From Squalus acanthias (Eukaryota), in assembly GCA_030390025.1 (NCBI GenBank), contig CM059432.1, positions 127,412,001-127,476,000 on the forward strand: DNA of 64,000 nucleotides, given 5' to 3'. The first letter of the stretch is position 1. Each line of letters starts with the position of its first letter. A model generated the notes under the pieces. The model ran no database searches, was not told the origin of the DNA, and saw nothing but the letters and a program-made list of their open reading frames with translations. The position numbers were made by a program, and so were the translations under genes. Below are positions 41,268 through 53,533 of the stretch, in pieces.

Positions 41268-44200
41268 TTAATTCTTAACAGTTTTCATCTGATTGATATG
41301 GAACCATTTTAGTTTAGGTTCTTCCTTCGGACCATATGGCACATTCAGTAGATACACAGCTGGATTTAATTTATCTACTGTGGTCGGAGGGCCTGTCCAT
41401 TTTACCTCGAATGAGTGTTCTTTGGAGAGAAATTTTGTAATATTACCTGGTCCCCAACCTCATACTCAAATGGTTTTACCCTCTTATCATAATATCGCTT
41501 GATTTGTTCACACGATTTGCCTGTGTTAATGGCCACCAGTCTGTTCACCTCGTCCATATGATCTATCAAGGTTTGTAACCATTTTTGGCTACTGGGTTGT
41601 AACTTTAATGGTGTGTTATTTCCCAATGTTACGTGTCCTGGTATCCTCATTTGTCTCCCAGTCATAACCTCATATAGACTTACCCTCGTAGTCCCGTGTG
41701 GGGTAGAACGTATTGCCATCAAACATAAGGGCAACATGTTAGCCCACTGAGTGGGGTGTTCTGTACACAGCTTCTGCAGCTTTGTTTTTAGAGTTCGATT
41801 CCCCCTCTCCCCAGTCCCTGATAATTGTGGGTGGTGCGCAATATGCAATTTATGTTTTATCTGTAACATTTCTTGTAGGGTTGTGAAAACTGCCCCCGTG
41901 AAGTGTGGACCCTGATCACTATCCACTTGTAGTGGTAATCCCCACCTACAGAACACCTCACTCAGGAGAATTTGGCCAGCAGTGCGTGCTTTATTGTTTC
42001 TTGTGGGAAACGCCTCTATCCATTTAGTGAACTGATCAATTACAATGAGCGCGTACTCATAGTTACCCTTTTGTTAGCGGGCCAATAAAGTCAATCTGTA
42101 GGTGTGTCCATGGTCCCTCGGGAGGGGGCTGTGACCTAAGTAAGGCACGATTAGAACATGAAGGAGGGTTTGTTTGTAGGCAGGGCAGGCAGCGATTGGC
42201 ATCTTGGCCCAGAAATTGGAGTTCGATGGTTGCCGCGGGGGTAAGGATCCCCCGCGATATCGCACTCCGTGCCTGCCTTTATGGTTTTGGCCCACACGAA
42301 CTTCAGTTCCTGGGCCTCTCCCTGGTGCCGGCGCGCAGTGTGTGCGTGTCCCAGAGGCGCAGTTAGTTCGATGCGACCTCTGGGATCACGTGGGCCAGTT
42401 AGAGCCAATGGCAGCACACCATCTTTCATTCATAGTTTTGACATGAGACCTGTCAAAACTATGAATACAACTTGCCCCCAAAAGAACAGCTAAACCTCAA
42501 TTAAATTTAAAAAAACCCATCACATTAATAAAATAACTATAGTTAAATAAATTAACCACTTTAAACAAAAATTTAAATTTTTGAAAAAATTTAAATTCTT
42601 TTTAAAAGTTATAAAAATAAACTTACCTTTCTTTAAAGTCTCTTAAAATAATACTTAATTAACTACTTACCTTGTTAAAAGGGGGTCTTACGCCTGCTTT
42701 TTTCATGTGTAAAATATCCAATACTTACCCTCGCGTTCAAACCTGAAAAAAAAACTAAGTGTGCTGCGTGCGCACAGCCTGTAGTGCGCACGCGGTTCAC
42801 TTAGGAACCGCCCCCTTCGCAATATCGGAAGTGCCGGTTTCCCGCGCATGCGCAGTGCATGCAGGAAACTGGCACTTCGGGACCGAATACGGGTGAATAC
42901 ACAGTGGGTACTCTCCCGGATTCGGCCAAATTTCTGGGCCATTGTTCCACATGCTGCTCCATTTCAGGCCACCAGCAAACAGGTAATAACTTTTGTAGTG
43001 TAGTGGCCGCTGAGTAATGTCCCGCCGTCGGGTGAGAATGGAAGAGGGCTACAATTTCTTCCTTCAACTGAGGAGGAATACAAACGACTAAGTCTCCCTC
43101 TTTATTTTTAACCATTAGCAGGGGAGGGTTTTTATCTGCACCATGTTGTACTACAGTGGGCGTCCCTGTTCATGCCAGGCTATTACTTGCGCATAGGGAG
43201 CATGTGAATCCTGTAGGGCCAAAAGATCAATGGATTTAGTTTTAGTTACCGCCCCCACTACGGGTGTCTGAGTGTCATTCATCACCCACCAAGGCAATAG
43301 ACAGCCGTTCTCGGCAGCTTCCTTAGCAAGGCGATCGGCTGCCTGGTTACCTCGGGAGTGGGGAGATGAATCTTTCTGGTGGGCTGCTACCTTTCCTACA
43401 TGACGAGAGGCGACTCGCTCCTGGAGCACTTTCCATTGCTTACGGAGGAGACCAGAATGTAATAAAGATTTACCATCTGATGAGCAAAACTCATTTGTAT
43501 GATATAGGGGAAGGGCCATAATTGCATTACAGACGTAGCTGCTGTCGGACCAGATATTAGTTTCATCCGTAGTCATATAGTGAGCGGCGAGAATTACAGC
43601 AATTAGTTCTGCTTGTTGGGAGGAGTGGGCGGGAACCTGGAATCCTACTGACCAATCAGGAGCGTCCATATCAATGAGGGCACATCCAGTTCTAGGATGG
43701 CCGTCTACATAGTATGATGATTCGTCTACGTACACATTTCGAGCTCCAGGTATGGCATTGGCCTTTACTGGGTTTGGTTCCAAATCTAGGACTGGTAATG
43801 GACACTGGTGTGGGCTTCCCTCATAGGCAAGCATAAGAGGTAACAGTGTAGTTCATTTAGGAGTAATGTCCAGGTCTCGCTGTAACAATTCAAGTGTCCA
43901 TTTACTGATTCACTGAGAGGACACCTTAGTCTCACTTGATTTTAGCAACAGATTAAGGGGTGTGTGTGGTGAATGCAAAATCACTTTCTGCAGTCCGGAG
44001 ATGTAAGTAAACTGATTGACTGCCCAAAATGTGGCCAACAGGTGGCGCTCGCACGCTGAGAATGTGCTTTCTACCCCTCGTAAGATACGTGAGGCTTACG
44101 CGATGGGGCATAGTGTCTCGCTGATTGCTTGGGTCTGACTTAAAATGGCAGTTAGGCTGGTAGGGGTGGAGCCTACTTCAAGATGGAAGGGCTGGCTGTG

Positions 44201-45600
44201 ATCCAGGGAAATGAGGGCAGTAGCCTGCATCGTGGCTTGTTTCAAAGCACTAACTGCAGCAGTATGGTGGTCTTCCCATACGGATTGTATCTCTTCCGCA
44301 TCGCCCTTTAAAAGATCATACAAAGGTTTAACCAAGTCTGCAAAGTTCGGAATAAAATTTCGCTGATATCCAACCAAGCCTAAAAAGGATCGCAGTGCGG
44401 TCTTTGAAACTGGCAATGGGAGTCTCTGAATAGTCTCTACCTTTTGGTGGTCTGGACTGAGGCTGGTCGCTGAAAACTTTACTCCCAGAAAGGTAACCTC
44501 AGCTTTTGCCAGCTGAGCCTTTTTTGGATTTATTTTCAGCCCTGCCTTCTGTACTAACCCTATCAACTCATCTAGAAGTTCTTGGTGTTCCTCCATTGTT
44601 TCGGTAGCCAGGAGCAGGTCGTCAACATACTGTAGAAGGGCTGATGGTTTAGAAAAGTCTTTAACTGCTCGTGCCATATATTGGTGAAAGATTGATGGTG
44701 AACTATGAAACCCTTGCGGTAAACACGTAAACGTGTAACCCTGCCCCTCAAACGTGAAAGCAAATTTGTACTGGTCCTCCTGAACAACTGGGATACTCCA
44801 AAAACAATTGGGGGGTACGGATGTCAGTAGCGAAGGGGCTTGACTAACAGTTGGACTTTGACGTGGGGAAGCTTTGTTTAGGGCTCGGTAATCAATAGTA
44901 AGCCTCCAGGATTCATCTGGCTTCCTAACTGGCCATGCAGGGGAATTGGTGGTAAACAAACCTTTGCGCACTACTCCTTGTTCTTCTAATGAGGCAATGA
45001 CTGTTCGCAAATACGGAATACTCTCCCGGGAAATCGGATATTGTTTACATGCGCGATGGGGTGGACCATTAATTCGCGTTTCCCCTTCCATTCTCCCGCA
45101 GTCGTGTTTAGACTTAACAAAGGCTGCTGCATGTTTAGTCACTAAGGAGTTAACAGCAGGCAGGGAATGTGTCAGCAGTGCTATCTGCTCAGGCTTCTTT
45201 ATAGCAAACATCGAGTGGGCATCTGAAATTTGCACTACATCTCCCGGTTCATCATCCAACAGTTCTGATTGTAATCTATAATGGCTGTCATTCCTCGTAG
45301 GGTGTCATTGCCAAGTATTTCCATTTCGTTGATCATACACATATATAACGGATCAGTGATTTTTATGGGGAAGGTCTCAAGGGAAATACTAACTTCCTCT
45401 CCTGGATACGCTGGTGCCTGTGCGCCAGTGACTCCTGTTATTACGAAGCTGCTTTTGCCTATTTCAAGCTGGCGTTCCGGGTCTGGGGAATGCAGGATTG
45501 TAACAGATGAACCGGTGTCTATTAGCATAGTCTGCTGTCGGCCCCCAGGCAGCAAAGCTGAGACCACTGGTCGACCATGGCCATCTCGTCTGAACCCCAC
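41268..45600 (-). pseudogene. pol: ERV pro-pol: protease, RT, tether, RNase H, integrase
   Basis: LIDTGS; NSPAWPVRKPD..WRLTIDYRALN, LPQGF, LQYVDDLL; YVDESS..AEL..SDS..GNQAAD; HSHPTAGH..CLPC, QIDFIGPL, DSDQGPHF. Confidence 0.92.
42206..42940. mobile_element. MITE (GGCCCAGAAATT) splitting the integrase HHCC motif
   Basis: ggcccagaaatt / aatttctgggcc TIRs; removing it restores HVEQYANRCLPC. Confidence 0.88.
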
Positions 45601-45601
45601 T

Positions 45602-47547
45602 TCAGACCAGGCCGGTGGGGCCGGATCCCCTCATAATGGACCGCTGGGGCAATGGTGGGGGCAGGAATGACGAACTCATAGTTGGAGCCACGGGGCACCC
45701 CGACATCTGGGTCAATGCAAGAGTTTGCATAATACATGACATTCTTTCCATACATGAGCCTAGGGCGTCTATTTTACTTTCCATTGGATTGGGTGAACAG
45801 GACGACCATATTGCGAGTAATTATTATTATTCCTCCCACCTCCAGAGCCTGTCTGTCTGGGACCTCGGCAATCCTTTGCGAAGTGTCCCACCTTGCCACA
45901 GTTATAACATATCAAGGGTTGCTTACGGGGTGGTGGACCTGGGGTCCCTCAACTGCATGCACTGGCGTCTCTGCTGTTGGTACCTGAATCTGAGTTTTAG
46001 CGTAGGCCCATACAGCATTAGCGTCTCTTAAAAGGTCTGTCCATTGCGAGTTGTGGCTGACAGTGTGTTCTAAGGTTGCTCGTATTGAGGCCTGAATATT
46101 CTTTAAGTATATTTTCTTAAAGTATATTTTCTTAAATGCTGCCTCATTCTTCCCGTTTAAGATGTTATCATTGGGGCATACCTGCATCATCTCATTAACA
46201 GTATACAACTGATCCCCGAAAGCAGCAGGGGTCTCATGAGGCCCTTGTTGAGACTGGTTTAATTTCTGAACCAGATCAGTAGTGTCCAAGCCCAGAGCTG
46301 ATTGTATAGTTGTGATTAAGTTAGTCAGGGGGTTCCCCACATTAAAGGCCAGAAAGGGCAGACTAGTTCGTAGGTCCGGGGTCAAGGCAGACAGTATAGC
46401 ATTTTACATGTCACTGTCCTCAAAATTAGGATGGTAATTCCGGAACCCCACTATACGTTGCCTTAGCTCTATGGGGCATGTTCGTGGGTTAACTGGTCCA
46501 AATTGCTGGACATATGCCTGTAGTTCTGCATAGTTCAGGGGCTGGGATCGTTCATAAGTACCCGCCCATAACATTCCCGGGTGAGCTGCCGCTGGTTGTG
46601 CTCCTGCTTGTGCCTGGTCACCGTCAGCAGCTGGTGGCACGTTAGGAATCACCTGGGTACGAGTCAGAACATTAACTGGGGCTTTAAAGGGTGCAGGCTC
46701 GTCCACTGAGTGTTTTATGATATTGTTATCAGCATAGGCTGGGGGCCTCTCAGCCAGGTCGATGGTGGTATACGAAACAGGGGCCTTTTGGGAAGGGTGT
46801 AGCAAGGGAGGATATAGTTCTCTGCTGATCTCCTCGCATTGTTTATCATAACTCGTGGGGGGTTCTACTCCCGTGACTGCCGCTATTACAGCCCGTTGTT
46901 TACCCAGCTGGTTTTCCAACTGTTGTATAGTAATATCACACTGCCTGTGGTCCAACTCCCTTTGGGGTGCTGAAGAGCCTCTCTTAGGGCTCCTCGTGAA
47001 TCATTTAATTGTCTGGTAAGACGGTCATTGTTAAGGAGGCTACCTGACACTTAGCCTCCTCAAGGTTCTGCATTGCAGCGCCGGTGTGAACTGCATTAAT
47101 ACTCTGTTGCTGGATTATTGCTGTTGAAGCACCGACCAGGCACTGAAGAACTTCAATCTTACTTTTTAACTCTACAACCTCTTTTTCCCAGTTTGACTTC
47201 TCGCCCGTTAACGTTTTTGTTATCTCCGTTAACGTTAGATTCTCTTCTAGCAGCCGTAGCTTGTCTTTTTCTAATTTATCTAACTTGGTTTTATTATTTT
47301 CCATCTCTAGGAGGGTCTCTTTATCTTGCTCTACACAATACACTGCCGCATAGGCCATTAGCTGCACTGCCCTATCTGACTTCTATTTCTTCTCCTTAAC
47401 TTGTTTCTCAATGAACGCAACAACGTCCTCAAAGGATACTCTCTTACTCTTTGTTAGACATTCTACTACTAACGTCTGTAACTGTGCATCCTTGCATTTC
47501 TTCATTAACTTTGTTTTAAAGTAAACAAAACAATTCTCACTCGACAT
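45602..47547 (-). pseudogene. gag: ERV gag (coiled-coil N-terminal part, capsid-like region, CCHC knuckle)
   Basis: Broken ORFs between PBS and protease; [14 protein letters not shown] at 45909-45868. Confidence 0.8.
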
Positions 47548-47689
47548 TCTGCTGTACGTTAAAGAGACACTATCTGTTAGATAACCTAACTTTCCACAAG
47601 GACTTTCATAGAAAAACATAGAAAAATCCAAGCAAAAATCCAAGCGCCTGCCTTATGCACAATAGACCTGGTTTCAGTTAATAGTCACA

Positions 47690-47707
47690 GCCCCACGTAA
47701 GGCGCCA
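47690..47707 (-). promoter_or_regulatory. Primer binding site, tRNA-Lys1,2
   Basis: TGGCGCCTTACGTGGGGC, 16/18 to the canonical TGGCGCCCAACGTGGGGC, 3 nt after the LTR end. Confidence 0.88.
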
Positions 47708-47710
47708 ATC

Positions 47711-48232
47711 TGTAGCTTTTAAAATCTCTTTAGAATAATTTGTCCGTGACTACACAAACCACTCTGGGTACAGGTATATTGTGTATTAGTAAAACAGGTT
47801 TATTAAGCATTAAACATCCAGTACAAAGAAATAATACTTAACAAGAAGATAGTCGCAGTCTGTTCATTGAACCCCGGCGTTCCTTCCGAGTGACTGTTTA
47901 ACTCTTGCTGTGTTCTGTTGACTGAAGCTTCTCATCCTCTGGTTTTGCGCTGCTTTCAGTGTTCAATAGCTGTTCCTTTTATACCTTTTTTTCCCTTTCA
48001 AAAATACTTGCAGCTGCTTGGGCTATCTCACCATTCTGACCTTCACAAGTACGGTCTATGATTTCCTCCCTTTTTCTGCTGTGAGCTTTACTATGAGAAC
48101 TTTTACATCTTTTGCCTTTCCCATAGCCCATTATCTAGACTGGTTTGAAACTTCAGCGATAAGGGATATTAGGTATTGAAAACCCTCTATCTTACTTTGA
48201 GACTTAATTAATGTTTTGTCCTTCACTGTCTT
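47711..48232 (-). repeat. 5' LTR, U3 start deleted
   Basis: Matches 25887 to ~26418, then breaks into LINE-like sequence. Confidence 0.88.
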
Positions 48233-48559
48233 CGAATGTTATCAGCCCAAGCCTGCTCTGCCACTTTCAACATTGCCGCTCCACTTAAGGCATGCCTTAA
48301 CTGTGACCAGCTGACCGAGCGTTGATGAGCAGGAAGGAGGCTCCAGCAGCATTATATAAATTAATCATCAGCAACTACTTGCAGCTGACATGGTTCTTCA
48401 GTTTGAATGGCTCTGTGAAACCTCCTGCAACTCCAGCAGCTTTCTAAACCTGTTTCAAGTTCCTGAGGTGACAGGGAGTGTTGGAGCAAGTGGAGAATTA
48501 CTTCATTCTTATTTAAAGGCTTCTGCTCACAACACTTGCTCACAGTCAGGAGGCAGTCC

Positions 48560-49162
48560 CCCTCACGCTCGAGTATCTTCGGGAGAGGGAGCGCAGGCAG
48601 CGAAGAGGAGAAGATGTGCACAGAGGGAGGAGGAGGAGGGCCAGGAGGACTCTCAACAGGAGGCCTTACCCACCTAGGGTCTTCAGAGAGCATGTCTCTT
48701 ATATCCACTTAAGTGAGGAGCAGTGTATTAGGAGGCTCCACTTCAACAAGGAGGTGGTCACAGAACTCTGGCATCTCCTGCAACCAGACCTGCAGCCTCA
48801 GAGCAGAGTGAACACGGCTCTCCCAGTGGCCCTCAAGGTCACCGTGGCCCTCAATTTCTGTGCCAGCGGATCCTTCCAGTCTGCAGCAGGAGACAAGGAA
48901 ACATAGCTAACATCGCCCAGTTCACCGTCCATTGCTGCATCCGGGAGGTCACTGAGGCTCTCTACACCAGGAGAAGGGACTACGTTTTCTTCTCTCTGAA
49001 CAGAGAGAAGCAGGAGGAGCGCGCATGTGGCTTTTCCAAGATAACGGACTTCCCCATGGTGCAGAGCGACATCGACTGCACACACGTGGCCTTGTGGGCT
49101 CCGCATAACAATCCGGAGATCTTCCGTAACCGCAAAGGCTACCACTCACTTAATGTGCAGTT
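48560..49162 (+). pseudogene. Harbinger transposase N-terminal fragment
   Basis: RRPYPPRVFREH...VALKVTVALNF..SGSFQ...IDCTHVAL, frameshifted. Confidence 0.85.
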
Positions 49163-50236
49163 TCCATAAATGACAGATTTAAATTTAATTTAAAAGATAG
49201 CCTGGTCACACTCTATGTTTTCTTGAAATTATTGACAGTAAACGATATTTACCAGTAAAATAAAGAGGAAACAGTGGAAATGCAGAGCAGGCCAGTCAGC
49301 ATCTGTAAAGAGGAAAGACCGATTATTGAAGTTTCAGGTTTGTACCCTTCATAAGAACTGCTGACACCATAACCTTTACAGATGCTGACTGGCTTGCTGT
49401 GTATTTCCAGCATTTTCTGGTGATATTTGCCTGCATGTCCCAGTATCTCTTATTACATTTGAAAGGCATTTTATTATCAGTGGAATGAAAATGTTGACAC
49501 TATGCGCCACATGGAGCCACTGCTGGAACACGTGCAGAGTATTATTTTTCAAAGCGCTCTCAGAAAACTAATTGATCACTCAGGGCTGGATTTTCATTGA
49601 CCTGTGGAGGTGGGTTTGGAGGCGTGTGGGGGGTTAAAATTGCGAAAACAGGCGGGCGGGCACAAGTCCACCTCCACGCAATTTTCATTAAATTGTGTCT
49701 GCTGGTCCTGACTCCGTCCCGCCTCTAAGAGGCGGGATAGGCTGTTAAGGCCCTTAACAAGCACTAAATTGCCTCTATAATGCCATTTTGAAAGGCCTTT
49801 GTGATTTTAACCCTTTTTCTACGTGAAGCACGCCTGTTCTGAACCACGAATGTGAAACCTGGCGGGAGCACATTTGGCTGGCTGTTTGGCTGGCTGGCTG
49901 ACGGACGATCTGGCTGATCTGGGAGTGGTGGTGGATGGGAGACATATCTGGGAGTGGTGGTGCAAAAATATCTGCTCATTTTACATCCAGGTCCTCTCAC
50001 AGCAAAGGCCAGGCAGTCTTTGCAGACCTTCAATGCAGCAGCAATGATGACATCATCAGAGGCAACTTTCAGACTGAAAACACTAATTGGGTCATGGGTT
50101 CCCACATGCTGGAACTCAATTGCCCAATTAGGTGAAAATTGCATCAATCTCCCACATCCAATTGCAGTCGGGTGGATAACACGAAAAGTGGCCCAAAACC
50201 AGCATCTGGTTGGGAACCAGATGTGTGACCACATCT

Positions 50237-50680
50237 GAAAGAAAGAAAAATGTAGCACCTTTAATGACCTCAGGACATCCCAAAGCATGTTACAGTCAAT
50301 GAAGTATTTTTTGAAGTGGAGTCACTGTTGTAATGTGGGAAACGCGGAGACCAATTTGCGCACAGCAAGCTCCCGCAAACAGCAATGTGATAGTGACCAG
50401 ATAATCTGTTTTAGTGATGTTGATTGAGGGATAAATATTGGCCAGGACACCGAGGATAACTCAACTGCTCTTCTTCGAAATAGTGTCACGTCAACCTGAG
50501 AGGGCAGGCAGGGTTCGGCTTAACGTCTCGTCCAAAAGACGGCACCTCCGACGGTGCAGCACTCCCTCAGCACTGTACTGGAGTGTCAGCCTAGATTTTT
50601 GTGCTGAAGTCTCTGGAGTGGGACTTGAACCCACAAGCTTCTGCTGAAAGGCAAGAGTGCTACCCACTGAGCCACAGCTG
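50237..50680 (-). mobile_element. tRNA-derived SINE, same family as 10051-10519
   Basis: A/B boxes and body alignable to the first copy. Confidence 0.85.
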
Positions 50681-52078
50681 GAACAGAAGAACGGAGTGTA
50701 TGAAATAAAAACAGAAAATGCACATCAGTCAGGTTCGAGTACAAATGAAGGGCCTCACCTGAATTTCTAAATGGCAGAGACTGAAGCAGACAGAACAAGA
50801 CAAAGAAGAGAGGAGCAGGAGCCAAGGAGCTCATTGATTGACTGGCTTACCCAACTTTTTAGACACTGTTTCCCTGCATTGCAGACTATTCTCCAGCCAC
50901 TAGGCTGCTCCTATAAATTCTTATTTTAAAGCCAAAAATGAATCATTTCAAGGTTGACAGAATAGTTTGCAGTTCATGCATGAGATGTCAACAGCAAACA
51001 ATTCAACCACTTTCAATTTGGAGTACAAATTTCTTAGAAGTGGAGGTTACTCGAGTATTATCAACAACTGTACACCCCAGTAGGTTTTAAATGTCATTTA
51101 TCTGCCTTTTTATCTCACCTAACACCTATTGTAAAAAGTATTTTAAATTAAGTTAATTTATATAACAGAACTCACATTATACCTATCCTCAGCGGCGGGG
51201 GGGGGGGGTTACTGTGCATGTAGGCTGCACCATGTCTGAATGGAACAGGCGTGACAGACCAGTTGGTCTTTTCCTGTCCTTCATATGTTTCACATCTTTA
51301 GAATGAAACTAATACATCTGCTGTGTTGCAGCTTGCTAGCAGTCCAGGACCTGCAAACCCTTTGTGCCTCTGTGTAATAGAAAATTAATTTTGCTGACAT
51401 AGAGTCATAGAGTTATAATGGCACAGAAGGAGGCCATTCGGCCCATCGAGTCCACACCGGCTCTCTGTACAGCAATCCAGTCAGTCCCATTCCCCCGCTC
51501 TATCCCCGTAGCCCTGCAAGTTTATTTCCCTCAAGTGTCTATCCAGTCTCCCCTTGAAAACATTGAGGGGTAAAAATTCAGTTGGTTGCGCCTCCCGTTA
51601 GCGCCTTAAGAGGTCGCTAATGGGGCGTTAAGGCGCTAACGCCCGGGCGCAGCGCTGTTTGCGCCGCTCGAGAACTTAACTTGAGATTGTGCGGCGGCGC
51701 TAAAACTTACCGCTGCGACCACCTGCGCGCGCAGATTGTGACATCATTCCGTGGTGCAACGCCCTTGGGGCGCCCCGGAGCGGAAATTGAGTGGCGCCCC
51801 CTGCCTTACCGCCTGGCGCTTCCAACGACCGGAAGACTGGAATGTTATCAATCGGTGTGGGGCTGGGGGGGGCGCTATTTAAAGGGGGCCTCTTCCTGTC
51901 TTTTTCTGTGGTCGACATTTATGCACCACTCGTTCTGAGAGAGAGAGAGAGATTCGGAGAGAGAGAGAGAGAGACTTCTACATTGACTCAACGCTTTGTG
52001 AGGTAGTTTTGCCTAGTTCATCCTAACTTTGCTGCTACTTTAGTTGCTGTACCTCATTACTTTTCTGGCAAAGAGAAT

Positions 52079-53239
52079 ATGGGGGCTGCAATGATTGGGG
52101 GCGTCGTCCTGCTCCAGCTCAATCGGAGGATAGTGAGACGCAGACAGAGAGTGGCAATGATGGCCAGACGGAGGAGGGCCATCAGGCGCATGTACAGGAG
52201 AGCTTACCCTCCCAGGGTATATCGTGAACAGCTCTCCTACATCCACATGTCCGAGGAGCTGTGTTTGCGAAGGCTGCGATTCAGCAAGGAGGTGGTCACT
52301 GAGCTCTGCCACCTGCTGCAGCCAGATCTGCAGCCTCAGCTGAGGTCCAGGACGTCTCTGTCGGTGGCAGTGAAGGTCACAGTGGCTTTGAACTTCTACG
52401 CCACTGGCTCATTCCAAGCTGCTGTTGGGGACCTCGCCAATATCTCCCAGTTTGCGGTGCATCGCTGCATCCGGCAGGTCACCAATGCCCTCTTCACAAG
52501 GAGACGAGACTTCATCTCCTTCCCTATGACCCCAGACAAGCAGCATGACCGTGCTATGGGCTTTGCGAGGGTAGCGGGCTTCCCCATGGTGCAGGGCGCC
52601 ATTGACTGCACGCATGTGGCTTTGCGTGCTCCACGAGAGAATGCAGAGGAGTTCCGGAACAGAAAGGGGTTCCATTCCTTGAATGTGCAGTTGGTCTGTG
52701 ACCACAGACAGGTGATTCTCGCTGTCAATGCCCACTATCCGGGCAGCTGCCACGATGCTTTCATCCTGCGCCAGAGTACTGTGGCAGAAATTTTCGAGGC
52801 ACCGCATCAGCCAGTTGGTTGGCTTCTGGGGGACAAGGGGTACGCATTGAGCACCTGGCTGATGACACCGCTCCGTGCGCCAAACACCCCTGCTGAGCTG
52901 CGGTACCAGGAAAGCCAACAAGCAACCAGGAACATTATTGAGCGCACAATCGGCGTGCTCAAACAACGATTCCGCTGTCTGGACCATTCCGGAGGAGCCC
53001 TGCAGTACTCGCCTGAGCAAGTTTCGAAATTCGTAGTCGTGTGCTGCATGTTGCACAACATGGCAATCCTCAGGACGCAGCCAATGCCACCAGGCCTTGC
53101 AGCACCACAAGAGGAGGAGGAGGAAGAGGAGGAACAGGACGAGGACGATGATCAGCAGCAGCACCAAGGCAGGAGGGCGGCCCACAATGGTCAAACTGCA
53201 AGGGCCGTCCGTCAACGACTAATAGCAAGCCGCTTCTAG
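52079..53239 (+). CDS. Harbinger DDE transposase (HARBI1-like), 386 aa, intact
   Basis: [45 protein letters not shown], acidic tail. Confidence 0.95.
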   Translation: MGAAMIGGVVLLQLNRRIVRRRQRVAMMARRRRAIRRMYRRAYPPRVYREQLSYIHMSEELCLRRLRFSKEVVTELCHLLQPDLQPQLRSRTSLSVAVKVTVALNFYATGSFQAAVGDLANISQFAVHRCIRQVTNALFTRRRDFISFPMTPDKQHDRAMGFARVAGFPMVQGAIDCTHVALRAPRENAEEFRNRKGFHSLNVQLVCDHRQVILAVNAHYPGSCHDAFILRQSTVAEIFEAPHQPVGWLLGDKGYALSTWLMTPLRAPNTPAELRYQESQQATRNIIERTIGVLKQRFRCLDHSGGALQYSPEQVSKFVVVCCMLHNMAILRTQPMPPGLAAPQEEEEEEEEQDEDDDQQQHQGRRAAHNGQTARAVRQRLIASRF

Positions 53240-53533
53240 GGCCCCTGCCATTGCTACAAACACGAATCAACCCAGCACGCAACCCCTAAGCCGGCCAAGG
53301 CACCAATAATTCCAACCACCAGCCATGTATATTTTGAATACAGAAACTTTTTTATTGTACAAACTCTGTGTGTGTCAATTCCTCATGACAAACTCATAGA
53401 AATAAACACAAAAAAACAGTCAATAACATAACTGGTTCTCACAACCTGGAGATAATGTCCAAAACACTAAACAAAAGTTGGGCCATGAACCTCGGCCTTT
53501 AATAAAAAAATGACCAGCATTTTGGCACACCTC

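Larger units (their letters stand above)
25887..48232 (-). mobile_element. Endogenous retrovirus, lokiretrovirus-like, defective, with 4x tandem env region
   Basis: Paired LTRs, Lys1,2 PBS, gag-pro-RT-tether-RNase H-IN-env order, many stops and frameshifts. Confidence 0.9.

Noticed and set aside
26042..41709. Tandem env array as a pure assembly artefact
   Set aside because: Units carry private SNPs, indels (24-bp duplication ~37057-37104, MITE deletion in unit 3) and different TE insertions
25887..48232. Endogenous foamy virus, suggested by the Lys1,2 PBS
   Set aside because: Gag has a CCHC knuckle, env has a short classical signal peptide, and there are no accessory ORFs after env
52396..53215. 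Antisense ORFs over transposase, LINE and MITE sequences
   Set aside because: Shadow frames of GC-rich or coding DNA with no recognisable motifs
52079..53239. Domesticated host gene HARBI1
   Set aside because: Flanked by TIRs and a TSD, inserted in a LINE, and multi-copy
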